Positions 1 through 14,883 of a DNA stretch of 64,000 nucleotides are shown in pieces. A model generated the notes under the pieces. The model saw only the letters and a program-made list of their open reading frames with translations. It did not search any database and was not told the origin of the DNA. The translations under genes and the position numbers were made by a program. Position 1 is the stretch's first letter. Each line of letters begins with the position of its first letter. Origin of the DNA: Rhynchobatus australiae (Eukaryota); contig JAUZTB010000062.1 of the NCBI GenBank assembly GCA_034780895.1, forward strand, positions 14,021,478 to 14,085,477. The letters are read 5' to 3'.

Positions 1-349
1 TTTGAAGAGGGCAATGGAGATAACCTTAGTTTTCCTGCTTCTGTTTTCTCATCGTGTCCAATGATTCTGACAGCATTAGATTTAAAAAAATCTTCCGTTT
101 GAAAGAGTTAAACAATATTAAATAAATAAAAGTTTAATGTTCCCATGGGCAGGAATTTAAACCTGCTGGCTTTTGGAGGGGCATGTGCACGCATCCTTGA
201 ACTGATGAGGCAAATGTGAGCATAACTTCAAGCCTTTTTGAATAACTTGAGAGAGGACTGTGCCACTGCAGCCCTGCTTAACACTCTCCTTTAGCAATCA
301 GTTACTTAATTCACCATCTACAGCAAGGAAAGTTTAATAAATACTGTAC

Positions 350-508
350 CTGTAATTATCCCACAGATTTTGTTAATCATATTTATGAGAGTCCCAATGG
401 CCTTTTGCTCTTTCTGAAAGGCTTTAAGTTCTTCTTCTCGAGCTGACAACAAAGGTTCAACAGGAACCCGAAAGAAATTCTTATTCTGATGCACTGGATT
501 TTTTTGTT
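350..508 (-). CDS. RNF213: RNF213-like exon (QKNPVHQ...[17 protein letters not shown]...GIIT)
   Basis: 159 nt, phase 1-1, REEEL motif as in RNF213. Confidence 0.85.
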
Positions 509-3500
509 CTGTGAATCAAGCAGAGACTATCAGTTTGTCATTGCTGTACAATTCAGGCTCCTTCTACAGGAGCTATTGGAAAAGGACAAGAAGAAAACAG
601 TACAGTCAGCAACTATACCGCTGCATTGACAAACATACGCACTGGTTCTGAAGACTGTAATAAATTTCAGGGTGCAGCAACCTCAGAACAGAGTACAGGC
701 CACTATTCACTGATTCAAGATTCCTACTTCCCAACTTTCCACTGCAACTTGGAAAGAACAAGTTGAAGCTACATCTCTTAGTTTTAATGACACACAATGA
801 GAAGGATCTCAGTTCCTGCCATCCAGCAACTACTGGATGAAATGCAAGTTATCATCTGGTAGCTCTTCTCTTTCTATTTTGATATTGACCAGTAACAATA
901 TTAGTACCAGCCTTTGTGATGTCTACCTGAGTTAGCTAGATAATATGTGGGTGTGAGGGGCTTATCCCTCCAATAAGACCCTGAGGCATTTCTAGCGATC
1001 TATCAGCCAAGATTACTGCAATAGTGATTCTAACAAGTGATGCCTGCCCAATAACCAAGTGGTAGGTAAATAAATTGTGGAGCCTGGATGAAGAAAGCTG
1101 CTCTGCCACTTTTTCTGCATGTGATCCCACCATCACATTCTGTACACGAGACAGGCAAATATACAGTTAGAAAGCTGTACAGCACAATAACTGCTTATAG
1201 TAAGGACTAATTTCTGGGATTTGTGTCTTAACATGGTATTAGCTTCTGGCCTTCTTGCTTACTCTCATCTGATTACTTACAATGTTTCCAGAAAAAGAAA
1301 CTGAGAGTCTCTTCACAAGCACTGATTATGATGAACTTTATGGCAGATGAGGCATTGTATGGCTCCCATTGGTTGGAGCCCCCAGATTGGCTGCAAGGCA
1401 TTAATTGAATAGATTTTTTCTGAGAGGGAAGTGAGGTGGGTCTTTGAGTGCAGATGCAGTAATAACAAAGAACATTGCTGACTGGCAATTAAGGTCAACA
1501 AGGAGACCTGTTGCATGGATACTTTCCTTATCTCCTGAACTCAGTAAGGGCAGACACCACCTCCAATGCACCTGCAGAAATGAGTAATTGAAGTAAAAGG
1601 TCTGAAACCAGGCACATAATTCATAGTCTACCAAATGATTCCTGGCCTCCTGCATGTACTGAAGACAAGATCAACCAACAGTAGGTATCCCAAAGCACCA
1701 ATGTTGCTTCCACAAAGTAATTCCACTGGCAGCATAGAAAGCCAATACCAGCATCCCCTCTCAGTGGCCTCAGTACTGTTGCTCTGATCATGTTCAGCCG
1801 GTCTTAATGGGCCAGATCATCTGCATGTCTGACACCAGACCTACAATGTTAACACTCTATACTGAGCTTCATCACAGTAAGCAACTCCCAGAAGAAGAGC
1901 AGCAAACAATTCAAGGATGTCCTCAATGCTTCCTTGTGAAAATGAAACCTCCTGAACAACTGATGGAATCCCTGGCTCAAGATTAGCAGAGAAACATCCA
2001 GGAAGGTAACGAGCACTTCAACTCTCTCTGGCAGGAGCATGTGAAGGCCATAGCCAATCAAGCCATCTATCCATCCAGTCAAGCTCCACCTGACACTCCT
2101 GTGGCAGAGCTAGTGGATCAGACAAGGGGCTCATTAGTCAGCTCAGGACCCACAGAACTGTGGCATAAACAAGTCATTTTCAACCCCAAAGGACTGCATT
2201 ATAGTGATAATAAAAAAGGAAAGATAAGGTAAAGAAAGGAAGAATAAAAACTTCTTTCTTACTCACGTGCTTGAAATAAATCAATGAATTCCTTTCTTCT
2301 ACATAAAATCACCTGCAGATCAGCAAACTTCACAGAGCCATTGTACAAGCATTCAGCCAACGTGCAAAATCTCTCCTCAGCATCTTTTATGAAACTCCTT
2401 ACTTTTTCTGAGACATTGAGTTTACTGCAGTCACCTGGAGATCACCAAATTATCAGATTTAATCTGTATTAATGCAGCCACTATAATAAATCTATTTCTC
2501 AATACACAGCAGGGATTCCTTTGTACCATCCATCTCTCTTGGAATCCGGCACAGGAAACGATTGAACCAGATGGGTTCTTACTCTTACCAGGTAGTTTCT
2601 TGGTTACCATTACTAAGAAAGGCAAGTTTCTTTTTAAACATCCCAGATTTGTTCAGTTACTTGAATTTAAATTCCAAAGCTGTCACAATGGGATTTGAAT
2701 TTATGTTTCTAGGTCAATGATCTACAACATCAAATGATCAATGCTCATTCAATAATCTAATCCCCAGTCCTCNNNNNNNNNNNNNNNNNNNNNNNNNNNN
2801 NNNNNNNNNNNNNNNNNNNNNNNNNNNNNNNNNNNNNNNNNNNNNNNNNNNNNNNNNNNNNNNNNNNNNNNNNNNNNNNNNNNNNNNNNNNNNNNNNNNN
2901 NNNNNNNNNNNNNNNNNNNNNNNNNNNNNNNNNNNNNNNNNNNNNNNNNNNNNNNNNNNNNNNNNNNNNNNNNNNNNNNNNNNNNNNNNNNNNNNNNNNN
3001 NNNNNNNNNNNNNNNNNNNNNNNNNNNNNNNNNNNNNNNNNNNNNNNNNNNNNNNNNNNNNNNNNNNNNNNNNNNNNNNNNNNNNNNNNNNNNNNNNNNN
3101 NNNNNNNNNNNNNNNNNNNNNNNNNNNNNNNNNNNNNNNNNNNNNNNNNNNNNNNNNNNNNNNNNNNNNNNNNNNNNNNNNNNNNCATTGGGATAGGTTA
3201 TTTTCCAGCAAAGAGATGCTTGGTAAGTGGGAAGCCTTCAAAAGTGAAATATTGAGAGTACAGAATCGGTATGTTCCTGTTAGGATAAAAAGCCAAGGCT
3301 AACAGGTTTAGAGAACCTTGGTTATCAAGGGATATTGAAGTCCTGGTAAAGAAAAAGAGGTGCATGTCAGGTACAGGCAGTTAGGATCAAATGAGGCACT
3401 TGAGGAGTACAAGAAATGCATGAGAACACAAGAGAGAAATCAGGAGGGCTAAAAGATGACATGAAGTTGCTCTGGCAGACAAGGTGAAAGAGAATCCCAA

Positions 3501-6500
3501 GGGTTTCTATAGCTATATTAAAAGCTAAAAGATAGCAAGGGACAAAATTGGTCCTCTTGAAGATCATCATGGTTATCTATGCATGGAGCTGAAAGAGATG
3601 GGGAAGGTCTTAAGTGAATTTTTCCCATCTCATGGAATTTATGTGTAAAAGCAACATAAATAAACACAAATTTTTTCCCCTTAATGCGTGTGTAGCTGTT
3701 GTGGCTTCACATTACAGAAAAATAAAATCGAATTATAGGTGGTTTTCTAGGATAGCAACCCCACCACCACAATGCAGACATCGCCTGTAATGGGATAAGA
3801 AAGGAACTGAGAGATATCGACCTAATGTGGACAAATGGGATTAGGATAAGTAGGCATCATCTTTGCAAGGATGAAGTGGGATGCCAGAACCCATTTTCTC
3901 TGTTGTACATTGCTATAATTCCAAAAGGTAGTCAGTAGTCATGACCTATTTAAATGGTGCAGCACCTTGAGGACATATGGCATGTTTGCCTTATTAATTG
4001 AGGCATTGAGTTCAAGAATCAGGCTTCAGCTTTATAAAACTCTGGTTAGGCTGCACCTGAGTGTATTGCATTCAGTTCTGGTTGCCCCATTATAGGAAGG
4101 ATGTGGAGGCTTTGGAGAGGGTGCAGAAGAGGTTTACCAGGATGCTTCCTGGATTAGAGGGCATATACTTTTTTTTTTACACACAGTGGTGGGTGCCTGG
4201 AATGCACTACCTGGGGTGGTGGTGGAGTCAAATATGACAGGAGCATTCAAGAGGCTCTTAGAAAGGCATATGAATACGCGAGAAACGCAAGGATATGGAT
4301 ATTGAGGCAGAAGGGATTAGTTTAGTCGGCCATTTGATTACAAATTTAATTAGATAGGCACAAAATTATGAGCCGAAGGGTCTGTTCCTATGCTGTACTG
4401 TTCTATGTTCAAAGGCCCATTCTGGTTACTGTTTCTTCTGTTTATTCAAAAAAAATCAACTGGAGGCAGAGTGGTAATATGTTTCAGCATGAAGACTATG
4501 AAGACTGGCTCAATTGCCAAATTTAAGCAATCTATGAAATTAAGACCAGCTAATGAAGTCTTATCACATAAATAAATCTTGTTTTCACAACAGTTCAATG
4601 TTAAATAAATTTCTATTGATCAATTACCTTGCAGAAGACAATAGTGTACGGCACCATCAGAACTTAGCACAACATTAACATCATCAGTTTTGTGGCCAAG
4701 GTTTCTTTTCCAGGATTCTTCAATGAGTTTTGATAAAATCTCAGGAGACTTTTGGCTTTGCCATGCATTTAACTTTGTAAGCAGTTCAGCTTCCTTTTTA
4801 TTCTAAGATTTTTCAGAAAATAAGATCCATTTTCATCATAATTGTGAACACAAAAATGCTGTTATTTTACAAGCATAATTTCCAACCAAATATAACATTT
4901 TCTATTTTCAGATTGTGTGCACAAGATTATGACTCCTTCCAATAAATTCAAGACCATCAATGCATCCACTTGCATCTTCATTATACCTTACTTCATTCTT
5001 TCACTTATAACTGCTGTATTTTTGCATTTGAGAGCAATCTCTACAATCTCACACTTTCCAGTGAGGAGCAGTGTCCATGGGGGTGATGATGCTGGTGGGG
5101 GTGAGTTAGGGTATAACATCGGCTCCATGAGTGATATTTCCTCACTGAGTGCACAGGATTGTACAGAATTAACCCTGTAAAGAGCCATGATCATCCTCAA
5201 TATACACACCATGACTGCTAAATTAACCTTTTAACTTGTCCATAAATGTCTTCGTGCCACCCAAATTATAACAGCATAGTGTACTCAATAATATTGCCAT
5301 ACAAAAGTTCATTTATAACACACACACACACCCCGCTGCAAAATCTCATCTGGATTTCTTTACTAACAAGCATCTTGTATTGTGAGATATTATCAGTGTG
5401 GAGCAAATTGATAAAAGGGGCATTTTCTATCTGATGCGATAGTTCAAATGGGATGTTCCATTTGAAATATAACGTAGTTTTTATTGAAATACAACTTGGT
5501 TTATTGTCTCACTCACATACACAATCACCACAGTTTCAGATTCCGGGCTTTACCTTTTATTTCCATATCAGATAAAAAGGAAGATGGATTTACACAATGT
5601 TTGACATCTCTTTGGGACATTCAAACGTACTTTAAAGTAATTGCTTTTGAAGTATAGCCAGTACTGTTATGTCAGGAATATGGCACTCAATTTGTGTACA
5701 GCAATCTCCCAGAAACCACAAAGTGAAAATGACCAATCTGCTTTGGCAATATTTACTGAAAGATAAATGCAGGAGGAAGAGGATAACTTCCACATTCTTC
5801 TATGAAATAGTTACGTGCAAAGATTTACATCCAAGTGAGATAGTGCTTCGGTTTAATCCTTTATCCAAAGTGCAGCACTGTAGCATTCCCTCAGTACTGC
5901 ACTGAGGTACAAATCTAGATTTTTGGAACACAGCTTGCACCACAATGTTTTAACTGAAAGGCAGGAGTGCTACAAACTCAGCCATATCTGGCAGGCATGG
6001 TGGCTACTGATAAGCTGAAAATTAATGTTTGCTGATGACAGTATTGAATGGGAAATTTTCAGACCCATGGTTAAACAGAGTACAAAGTAATTTTAATAAC
6101 TGAGTAATAAAACTATTTGTGCTTTTTTTCTCTTACCTGGCAAATTGCATCCACAGCATTAAGTGCACAGGTCTCAAAACAGTTCAAAACAATGGGATTC
6201 AAGGTGGTCAAAGTTTCTTTCTCATTCCAGTATATCAATATCTGGTCAGAAGGGTTCTCCTATTAATGAAGTACAATGTTAAAAATGAAATACACACATT
6301 TATAAAATACTGGTACCATAATTCTTAGGCTGTATTCTCTATTTGAGATGTGACTAAGTTACTCAGGAGGGGACTTTATTATATGCGTGCCTGCATCTTT
6401 AAGAAAGTTCATGATAATAATGTGCTTATGTAACTAAAAGTATACATTTTATCTAACACGTGGATATGCTATATTCCATGATGAGCACTTACCTGACTGT

Positions 6501-9500
6501 AAATTGTTTTAAGTAACAACTTCCAACAATGTACAATCTGTGCAATAAAGAATTGTTCAGTTCCACATAAAATAGTCCTAGTATACCAAGGTGAGCAAGA
6601 AGATTGCAACACGGAATATGATGCATATATCATGGTCTATTTCTTTTGTTATATAATGCCCTTTAAATAACAGATTTTAAAATCAGGGTTGTGCCTGATT
6701 TTTTCAGAGATAGATTTCATTAGCATAAGCTGCTAATTTCTAATACAAATCAGAAAATGCTGGAAGTATCCAGCTGGTTAGGCAACACCAGTATAGCTTT
6801 AATGTTTCAGATCAGTGATCCTTTATCAGAACTGCTAACTTCTAGGTCTGTTGGCTACATTAGCAGTTCTTAACATTTGTAAATTTACAACAGGCTGTCC
6901 CAAATACCCAGAAGGGATGGGTTTGTAATAACATACCTCCTGTATTCTTTTCACAAGGTCTGTTCGTGTCACATCCCTCCACACCCTTGCCCAGTCATCA
7001 ACTTCATATTCCAGAGAGAAGTGGCATTTCCACATCTGTAAAGTAAGTGGTATATTTACGAATTGTTTATGAACATCAAACAATATTCTTTAAAAGACTT
7101 TTATGCACAAGACTTTTTAAAGGAAAAATTCTATATTTATCTTCATAACCCATTGCATACTGTCAGGTTGTCACCATGTTCAGGGGTTCCCAGCATTGGT
7201 CAGGAGGTCATAGGCCAAGAATCAAGAGAGCTCACAGCCTATGCAAATGGATGGAGCTACAAGTGACTCTATGGCTTTACCTCTGCCCATGGACTCAACA
7301 ATGAGCAAACACTGGCCTCACTCTATGAACATGACAACTATCATGTAGGACTTGCTACTCACACTCTGAATTCACAATGAGATGACAGTGGCGAGTTATC
7401 ACTGTACTGCTCCCCCTCTCCTTGCCTCAGAATCCAGATTTGTGAAGAAATAAACTCGGAGTTATTTATCCCCGTTCCCTCCATCACATAGCTGGTTAGG
7501 AGTCGATACGTGCCGATTAAACTATAATGGCCTGATCAGGATCTGAAGAGAAAAAGCCAAGGTCTGAGTGGGGAGACCCTTCCAGAGAATCCTATTCTTT
7601 CTTCAGCTAGTAATGTGACGCAGGATTAAATTGGGTCACACATTGCCAACATCCAGGAGGTCAACAACGACCAGAAGGGTGACAAATCTCTGGAACTCTC
7701 TACACTGGAAGTTTGTGGAGGCTAGATAATTTGGAGTATTTAAAGAGGAAGGAGATGAATTTTTTCAAAGATCAGGGGATTATAGGCGATGGGGAACTGG
7801 CACAGAAGAGAAGCCAATGCTGGGGCAGATCACCCAGGATCTGGAGCACAGGAGGCCAAGGGGTAGCCTTGTAGATGTAATTTTTTTTTAATTATGAGGA
7901 GCTTAGATGGGTAGATAGTCACAGTCGTTTTCCCAGGGTTTGATAGTCTAAAACTAAAGGATATTGGTATTGGTTTATTATTGTCACTTATTTATTGTTG
8001 ACATAGGTTTAAGATGAGAGGAGAAATATTTAAAAGAGACATGAGGGGCAAATTTTTGTTTTCCACTGAGGGTAGTGGATATATGGAACAAGCTGCTGGA
8101 GAAGGTGATGGAGGCAAGTACAATTACAACTTTTGAAAAGCATTTGGGCAGGTATGTAGATAGGAAAGGAATAGAAGGATATGGGGCAAATGCAGGAAAA
8201 TGAGATAAGCAAAGAGTGGCTTCACGGTCGGCATGGACAAATCAGGCCAAAGAACCCATTTCCATGCTGTAGAAGATTTCTTTATTAGTCACATGTACAT
8301 CGAAACACACAGAGAAATGCACCTTTGTGTAGAGTGTTCTGGGGGCAGCCCGCAAGTGTCGCCACACTCTGGCGCTAACATTACACGCCCACAACTTCCT
8401 ACAGTATGACTCTACAATTCTATGATCATGTTGATTGTGGAACAGTCTCCTGAGGACAAGTGGCCCACTCCAACTTCTATCATCCCACGTTCTTGAGTTA
8501 AATTCATCCGCAGTGGTCACTTAAATACTGTGGCTGATCAAAGGCTGGGTATCCTATGGTGAGTGCCTCATCTTCTGATTCTCCAAAGTTTTTCCACTGT
8601 CTACAAGTCAGGAGAGCGATGGAGTACTTGACATTTACCAGAGAGGGTGCAGCACCAACACTTAAGAAACTGAACACCGTCCAAGACAAAGCTACCAGCT
8701 TGACTGGTACCCTGGCCATCATCTTTAAGCATACATTTTCTCCACCATGGTGGTAGCAGTATGTATAATCCACAAAATGCAATGCAGTTACAGCTAATCC
8801 AATGGCATCTCCCAAACCCGCAATCTCGACCATTAAGGACAAGGGTACAGACACATGGCAACACCACTTTCAGGTTCCTTTCAAGATCAGACACCATCTT
8901 GCCTTGGAATATATCACTATCATTCCATGGTTGTCATGTAGTTTACATCCTGGAGCTCACGATCAAAGAACACTGACAGAATCATCACCAGGAGGACAGC
9001 GGTTTAGGAGTGAGGCTCACCACCTCTTCTCAAGGGTGATTAGTGATGAGAAGTGCTGACCTTGTCAGTGACACCCTTGTCTCAGAAAATTAATATACGT
9101 AAAAGTAACATTTTTGTCCAGCAAGTGGATCCCTGGAATTCTCTGCCCCCGAGGGTGGTGGAGGCCAGATTGTTAGATACATTTAAAGGTGGAGATGGAT
9201 GACCATTCTAAAGATTGAGAAGTTGAGGGTTACGAGGAACTGGCACAGAGGAGGAGTTGAGGCCAGCATAGATCAGCCATGATTCATATTGAATGGTGGG
9301 GCAGGCTCGAGGGGCCTGGTGACCTACTCCTGCTCCTGTTTCCTTGTGTTCTTTTGTAAGATTTCAAACTGAACCTTTGCATTGTAAATACTTACCCTGC
9401 TCATAGCCATTCATTTACGCTCATCAACATAAATGCTGGAAGCACTGCCTTTTTGATTTATGAAAAAAATAAACAAGAATTATTTATATTCTTGTTTAAT

Positions 9501-12500
9501 TGATTTAAAGTCATGCTTGGAGCTATAAAACGCAAAGAGCAAAAAAAAATATTTTAAATGTTATGCTTCCATCAGGGAGCCTCATCTGCTGGTTGCCTGA
9601 TTTGTAAATTCTCCACATTACTTCCAGCTGTTTAAAAATCAGTGGTCAGAACATCCTCTGTTCTGTTGAGTCCAGATGAAGGGTCTCGACCTGAAAAGTC
9701 GACTGTTTATTTTTCTTCATAGATGCTGCCTGACCTGTTGAGTTCCTCCAGTGTTTTGTATGTGCTACTCCAGATTCCAGCATCTGCAGAATCTCTTGCC
9801 TCTCCATGTGTGTCAGAAGAGCATACTCCATTTTCCTTAATACACTCCCAAAACAAACTAATTAATACATTTGGGGAAAGTACCACAGCACTGGATCTCA
9901 TTTCAGATGTGGCCTAAAGTCGTTTTTGTCTGGGAATATAGCAAGTAGTAACCATTCAGGTCGATAATTATTTCACTCAGTATTAATCCCTCATTCATTA
10001 AACAGGGGCAAGAAACTTATCTTTGGAGATGAGCACTAAATGCAATGAGAGGAAGAGCCACGGGTTCCACTCACCTTCCACATTTGGCTCCATTGACTTA
10101 AATGGTAGCCAATACTCTCCACGCATTTCACATACCTGAACAAACATGCACTCCTTGCACTACCCACACCATTTGAACACCCCCTCCAAGAAATTTCCTA
10201 TTCAACAAACTTCCTGGTAATAGAGAGGATTATCATTCTTTTGTTGATTTTAAAAAGATAATGCAATCTTATTCACAAGAACATTCAAATCTTTCACTGC
10301 ACTCCACTGGTTAATCTAAAATACAGCTAATTTTTATTTGTTGTAAGATCCAGCGGTATCTATCCTTTATTATTGAAAAAGGAAATGCTTTTGAGGCTAA
10401 AATCATTGCATCTTAATATTGGATTAATATCTGGATTTAAAGGGGGGGATGGGTGAAAGAGAATGCATGAAAGCAGTAGGATTTGTTTCTGAATGTTCTT
10501 GTTAAGTGCTGGTCTAGGCTGATTGGCTTCCTGCTTTATTATAATGGAAAGAGACAAATATACCTCCAGTTCTTTCTTGTCAATGGATTTTGTTGTGGAA
10601 ACCAAAGTTTTATTCACAGCTCGTGTTCGCCAAGAACGGAGGCAACTTTGAGCACTCTCAATTAAATCAACACACAGTTTGTTTTCTTCAGGAGGTGACT
10701 CATTCTGTGATTCCTGGAAAGGAAAGAGAGGAAGTTCGGCGTAAGTCATGGCAAACACCAAGAATGAAAAATATACAAGATTAAAACTGCGTGATCATAC
10801 AACTATCAGACAGCAGAGCCACTTAACAGCAATGGTTAAAGTAAATAAAATAATTGGTGATAGTTTTAATGCTTAACGATTATATAAAATGGATAACATT
10901 AAACTGGCCACCTACTGTAATTGACAATGAAGACATTCCATTGACTTCAATAGAAAATAATTTTGGCAATGGGATATTATGACTGGCCAATTGAATAGTC
11001 TTCATTTTGCACCTCCACTTAAATTGACCCCAGCATAACAAATTTCTGGCAATATAATTCATGGGTTCTTGCTGTGTATTGCCCTCATCAAATTCAAAAG
11101 GAGGCCCCAAAATTCCTCAGGTGATCCACTGGTTATTTGTTTCAACTTTAGCAGAAGAGTGGGAGAACACCCCCAGAACAGATGGGAACATGGTTGTATT
11201 TTGTGTTTTCACTGATTTCCCTTTCTCTAATTAAGAGATGGAATTTCTCTCCTGCTTGGATGATGCATTAGACAGTCAGAAGGTGATCCAGGCTGCACCA
11301 GCTAAGGCTGCAGAATGAGGCCTGATATTATGAGAAGCAGTATGCCCAGTAAGTAAGGGTAAAGTGGCCTGAACAAGGAAGAATGTGGAGCTCACTAATG
11401 TGATTTTCTGTTCCTTCATTTTGTGGGTTTGGACTTTTCCATCAACAGATGAAAAAGATCCAAACCCACAAAATGAAGGAACAAAAAATTCAATAAATGT
11501 AGCTTGCTCCTCTGCACATAAAGGTGATAGTTATGTTTGTGGATACTAAAAAGTTTCCATACACAAGTACAAGAATATGTCCAAAGTACTCTGGGCTTCA
11601 CTTTGTTCACTCAGAAAGATCTAAATCCAAATATTAAACCGAAAGCAACTCATTCAGTTACCAGCTTTACTCCTTTGTCTCAAAAATTACATGACAGATC
11701 AAGTCCCATTCCAAGTCTTCTCCACACAAATTGAAGTGGATTTCAGTGCAGTATTGCAGTAGTGCTAAACTATTGAATGCACCATGATTCCAATGAGAGT
11801 TAAGCTGAGATCTGCCTTTTCGGGGATATGACTTAATGTAATTTGCTGACTGACATTGACAAGAGCCTACATCAATCTCATTTTGCTCTCGCAGCCAGCA
11901 ACAAAGTACGTTCAAGTTACATTTCACTTTAGGATTAATTTCAGACTTACTTCTGCTAACAGCATTTTTATTTTCTCAGCAACTTTCAATACAAGTTGAA
12001 ACGAAACAGCTGGAACTTCATACAATGCCGTGCGCTTTGTCAGTTGGCAGATTATGGAATGCATCTCATTACTCCACTTCAAGTCATTTTCCTTCAAATC
12101 GGAGACACTTCTGCAAAAAATACATAATTAGATTTAATTCTAACCTTAGATACACCATTCAGATCAATATAAATGACTGGATTTTTCAGTTATTGCCTGC
12201 AAATGATCAAGCTTTGGTGGCTAGTTGTGTGTAAATGGTCACTTTGGATGTATATTTATTCACACTATTAATTATTTAACTACACTCGCCACAGACTTGT
12301 GAAGACCTCATTTAAGGCTCAAACTATTGGTTTACATTCCTCCACCCAATGTGGTGAGTCACTATCTACTTGCTCTCCTCATAAGTATCTTTAACAGGCA
12401 CAGGGCCGACTATAACACAGGCCCAAGGACATCCAAGTTCTTCTCGTAAATCACAACGTCCTCCATTCTGTTGGATTGCCTGCTGGACACCTAGGCTTAG

Positions 12501-14852
12501 ATGAGCCACAACTTCCTTCACCTGAATAACGAAAACATTCGATTTCAGCATTGCTCATTATCAACTCTGCTGTTGAGACTGTAACTCCATCCACTCACTG
12601 AAACAGACCATGCAAAAGTATTTGTCTCTTTCAACAAAAAACTAATATTAAAGTGTACCTTTGTGTTTCCTGGGTTATCATTTCTTTGATAAAACTCATG
12701 CTTTTCCCAAATGCCTGCAGAATAAAATAATCCTTAATGTTTCAATATTCAATAATAAATAAATAAATGTCTATTTAATTAACCTCATTCTTCATTTGAC
12801 TTAACAAGTTTTAACACATTTAAACATTTTATAATCATGTTAACTGATTTGTCAGCATCAATTGCAACAATCCATTTGAATACGTTCTGCACTGTGGAGT
12901 GTCCTTTGATATCCAGCAAAAACTACTCAGGAAGAACTTGGTCAATGATTGTACTTCCACACAATGATTCAAGATATCATCAAATTAAGTTCTTAATGAC
13001 TACAATGAGCTATTACAAAACCATGGAGAAAAGATAAATTTAACAGATCCAGGAGTATGGTGTAGTCACCCAATTAGGAAAGGAGTCACTAGATAGCCTT
13101 TCNNNNNNNNNNAAGTGATGCATTTCAATGCAAACAAAGAAAATTAATAAGACATTGGCTTTATAATTATCATTATCCTGTGCATCTTACGGATGAGCTT
13201 ATAATTCATAAAATACTACAATTAATGACACAAAATATTAAAACAAACCTCAATGTCTTCTCGATCAGCATTTCTCTGTTTCAAAGAACAGCCTTTTAAT
13301 CTGTTCATTAGTTCTTCTGCAACACAATTCAGAGTCATTTCCATTTCTTTTGAGTACTCTGGAATATCCCCAGTTGCAATTAGTAAAAACCAACTCTGGA
13401 TCAGTGTAGAGTCTGTCTTCGTCAGACATTTGTTTTGAAACACGAGTTGCAGCAGTTTTCTAAATTAACAAGCAAAAGTATTCATATACCGCGTTGTTAC
13501 TTTGCTAAAAGGCTGGTGTGAAATCACAGCTTCATCATAAACGAGTACATTTTCTTCACCAACCTCAATGGACTGGAGCTCACAGACCTGGCCACCCACC
13601 ACAGAACAGTTGCCTTTCCACACACACCACACACACCAGGTGCAGATGGGTCAATCCTCCCCCCGATCCCCAGCATCTTGGACATTGATGCCATCATCTC
13701 AGCGGCAGCAGGACCCCGGTGGGAATCTCTGCCCCCCCCACAATACCTCTGCAGGATGGATGGCCAGCAAAGGCTCACCTCCCCAACCGCACCATGCAAG
13801 GGCTTTTTAACAGTTTTTACAAGTCTCTGACAGTCAGAGGTACTTAAAGCTACCAGCAAAATTGAAATAAATGATTTTTAAAAATTAATAGAAAGTCTTA
13901 AAATCCTCATCGAAATATAACCCAGCGGAGGATCTGGAAGGTGATTTCATAGTGTAACGTTGGGAAATTCTGCAAAGATGAGTTCTGCCATCTGCCAGCC
14001 ACTGAGTGAACACACAGACATGGCATCCCAAAATGTTGTCTGTCTCTGCAGCTGCATCAGCTTTCAGAATCTGTCTGCAATTCCAGGACTACTGCATTTG
14101 ACAGCACATGTGCTTTATACTGGGACCTACTGCACTTTCAATGTCTATAACCAACTCCACCCCCCACCTTCAAACTCCGGCCTCCCATGGACCACTGATT
14201 TTCATTGTCGCACCACCACTGAAAGCTGTGCCTTCAGCAGACCAGGTGCAAAAGGATGGAATTCCCTCCTTAATCCTCTGTACCTCTCTAGCTCTTATCT
14301 CCTATAAGATGCTGCCACTGTTTTGAACAAGCATTTGGTCATCTGCCCTCAAAACTTTGTGATGTGGTACAGTACTGTGTTAAAAGGTGCTACACAAACA
14401 GCATCTTTGGTGTTGGAAATATATTATGTTCATCACTGTTAAAACAGATGAAATGTACAAAACTACTGGTTTCAGCAACAGCATAGTTTCTTTCTACAAT
14501 ACATTGGAAAATGCCTTAATCTTGCTGTCACTGGGTATGTTCCGCCAATATCTTTCCACTTTTACAACAATTGTGTTTGAGAAATCCAACTACATTTTTG
14601 TTTCATCAATTATTGTCCTACTGCAATAATTTTATGGATGGATCTTATCATGCTTTCAAGCATTCACAAATTGCTACTGAATTATTAAAATATAGTTACA
14701 AAATCCTGTACTTACTTAGTACAATTTCAACTCTTTTCTTAACTCCAATGATGATTTACAACTAAATTCCATTCTTACTCCTGATGTAATTTTGTTTTAA
14801 ATGACTGTTTCAAATGTTACGGACTAGGTTACAATTAGTGAGGTTCCTTTAA

Positions 14853-14883
<31 letters not shown>

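Noticed and set aside
1-70. Possible further RNF213 exon at the window edge
   Set aside because: The peptide does not resemble the expected next segment and the acceptor is weak.
1273-1516. ORFs ending at a t|gtaagt donor (..FFFWKH)
   Set aside because: No acceptor gives an open phase 1-1 exon, and it is out of order relative to RNF213.
9396-9448. Exon-like segment with a gg|gtaag donor
   Set aside because: Stops in all three frames, and the flanking exons already join in phase.
13524-13859. 111-aa GC-rich ORF in an RNF213 intron
   Set aside because: No recognisable homology and no suitable splice sites.
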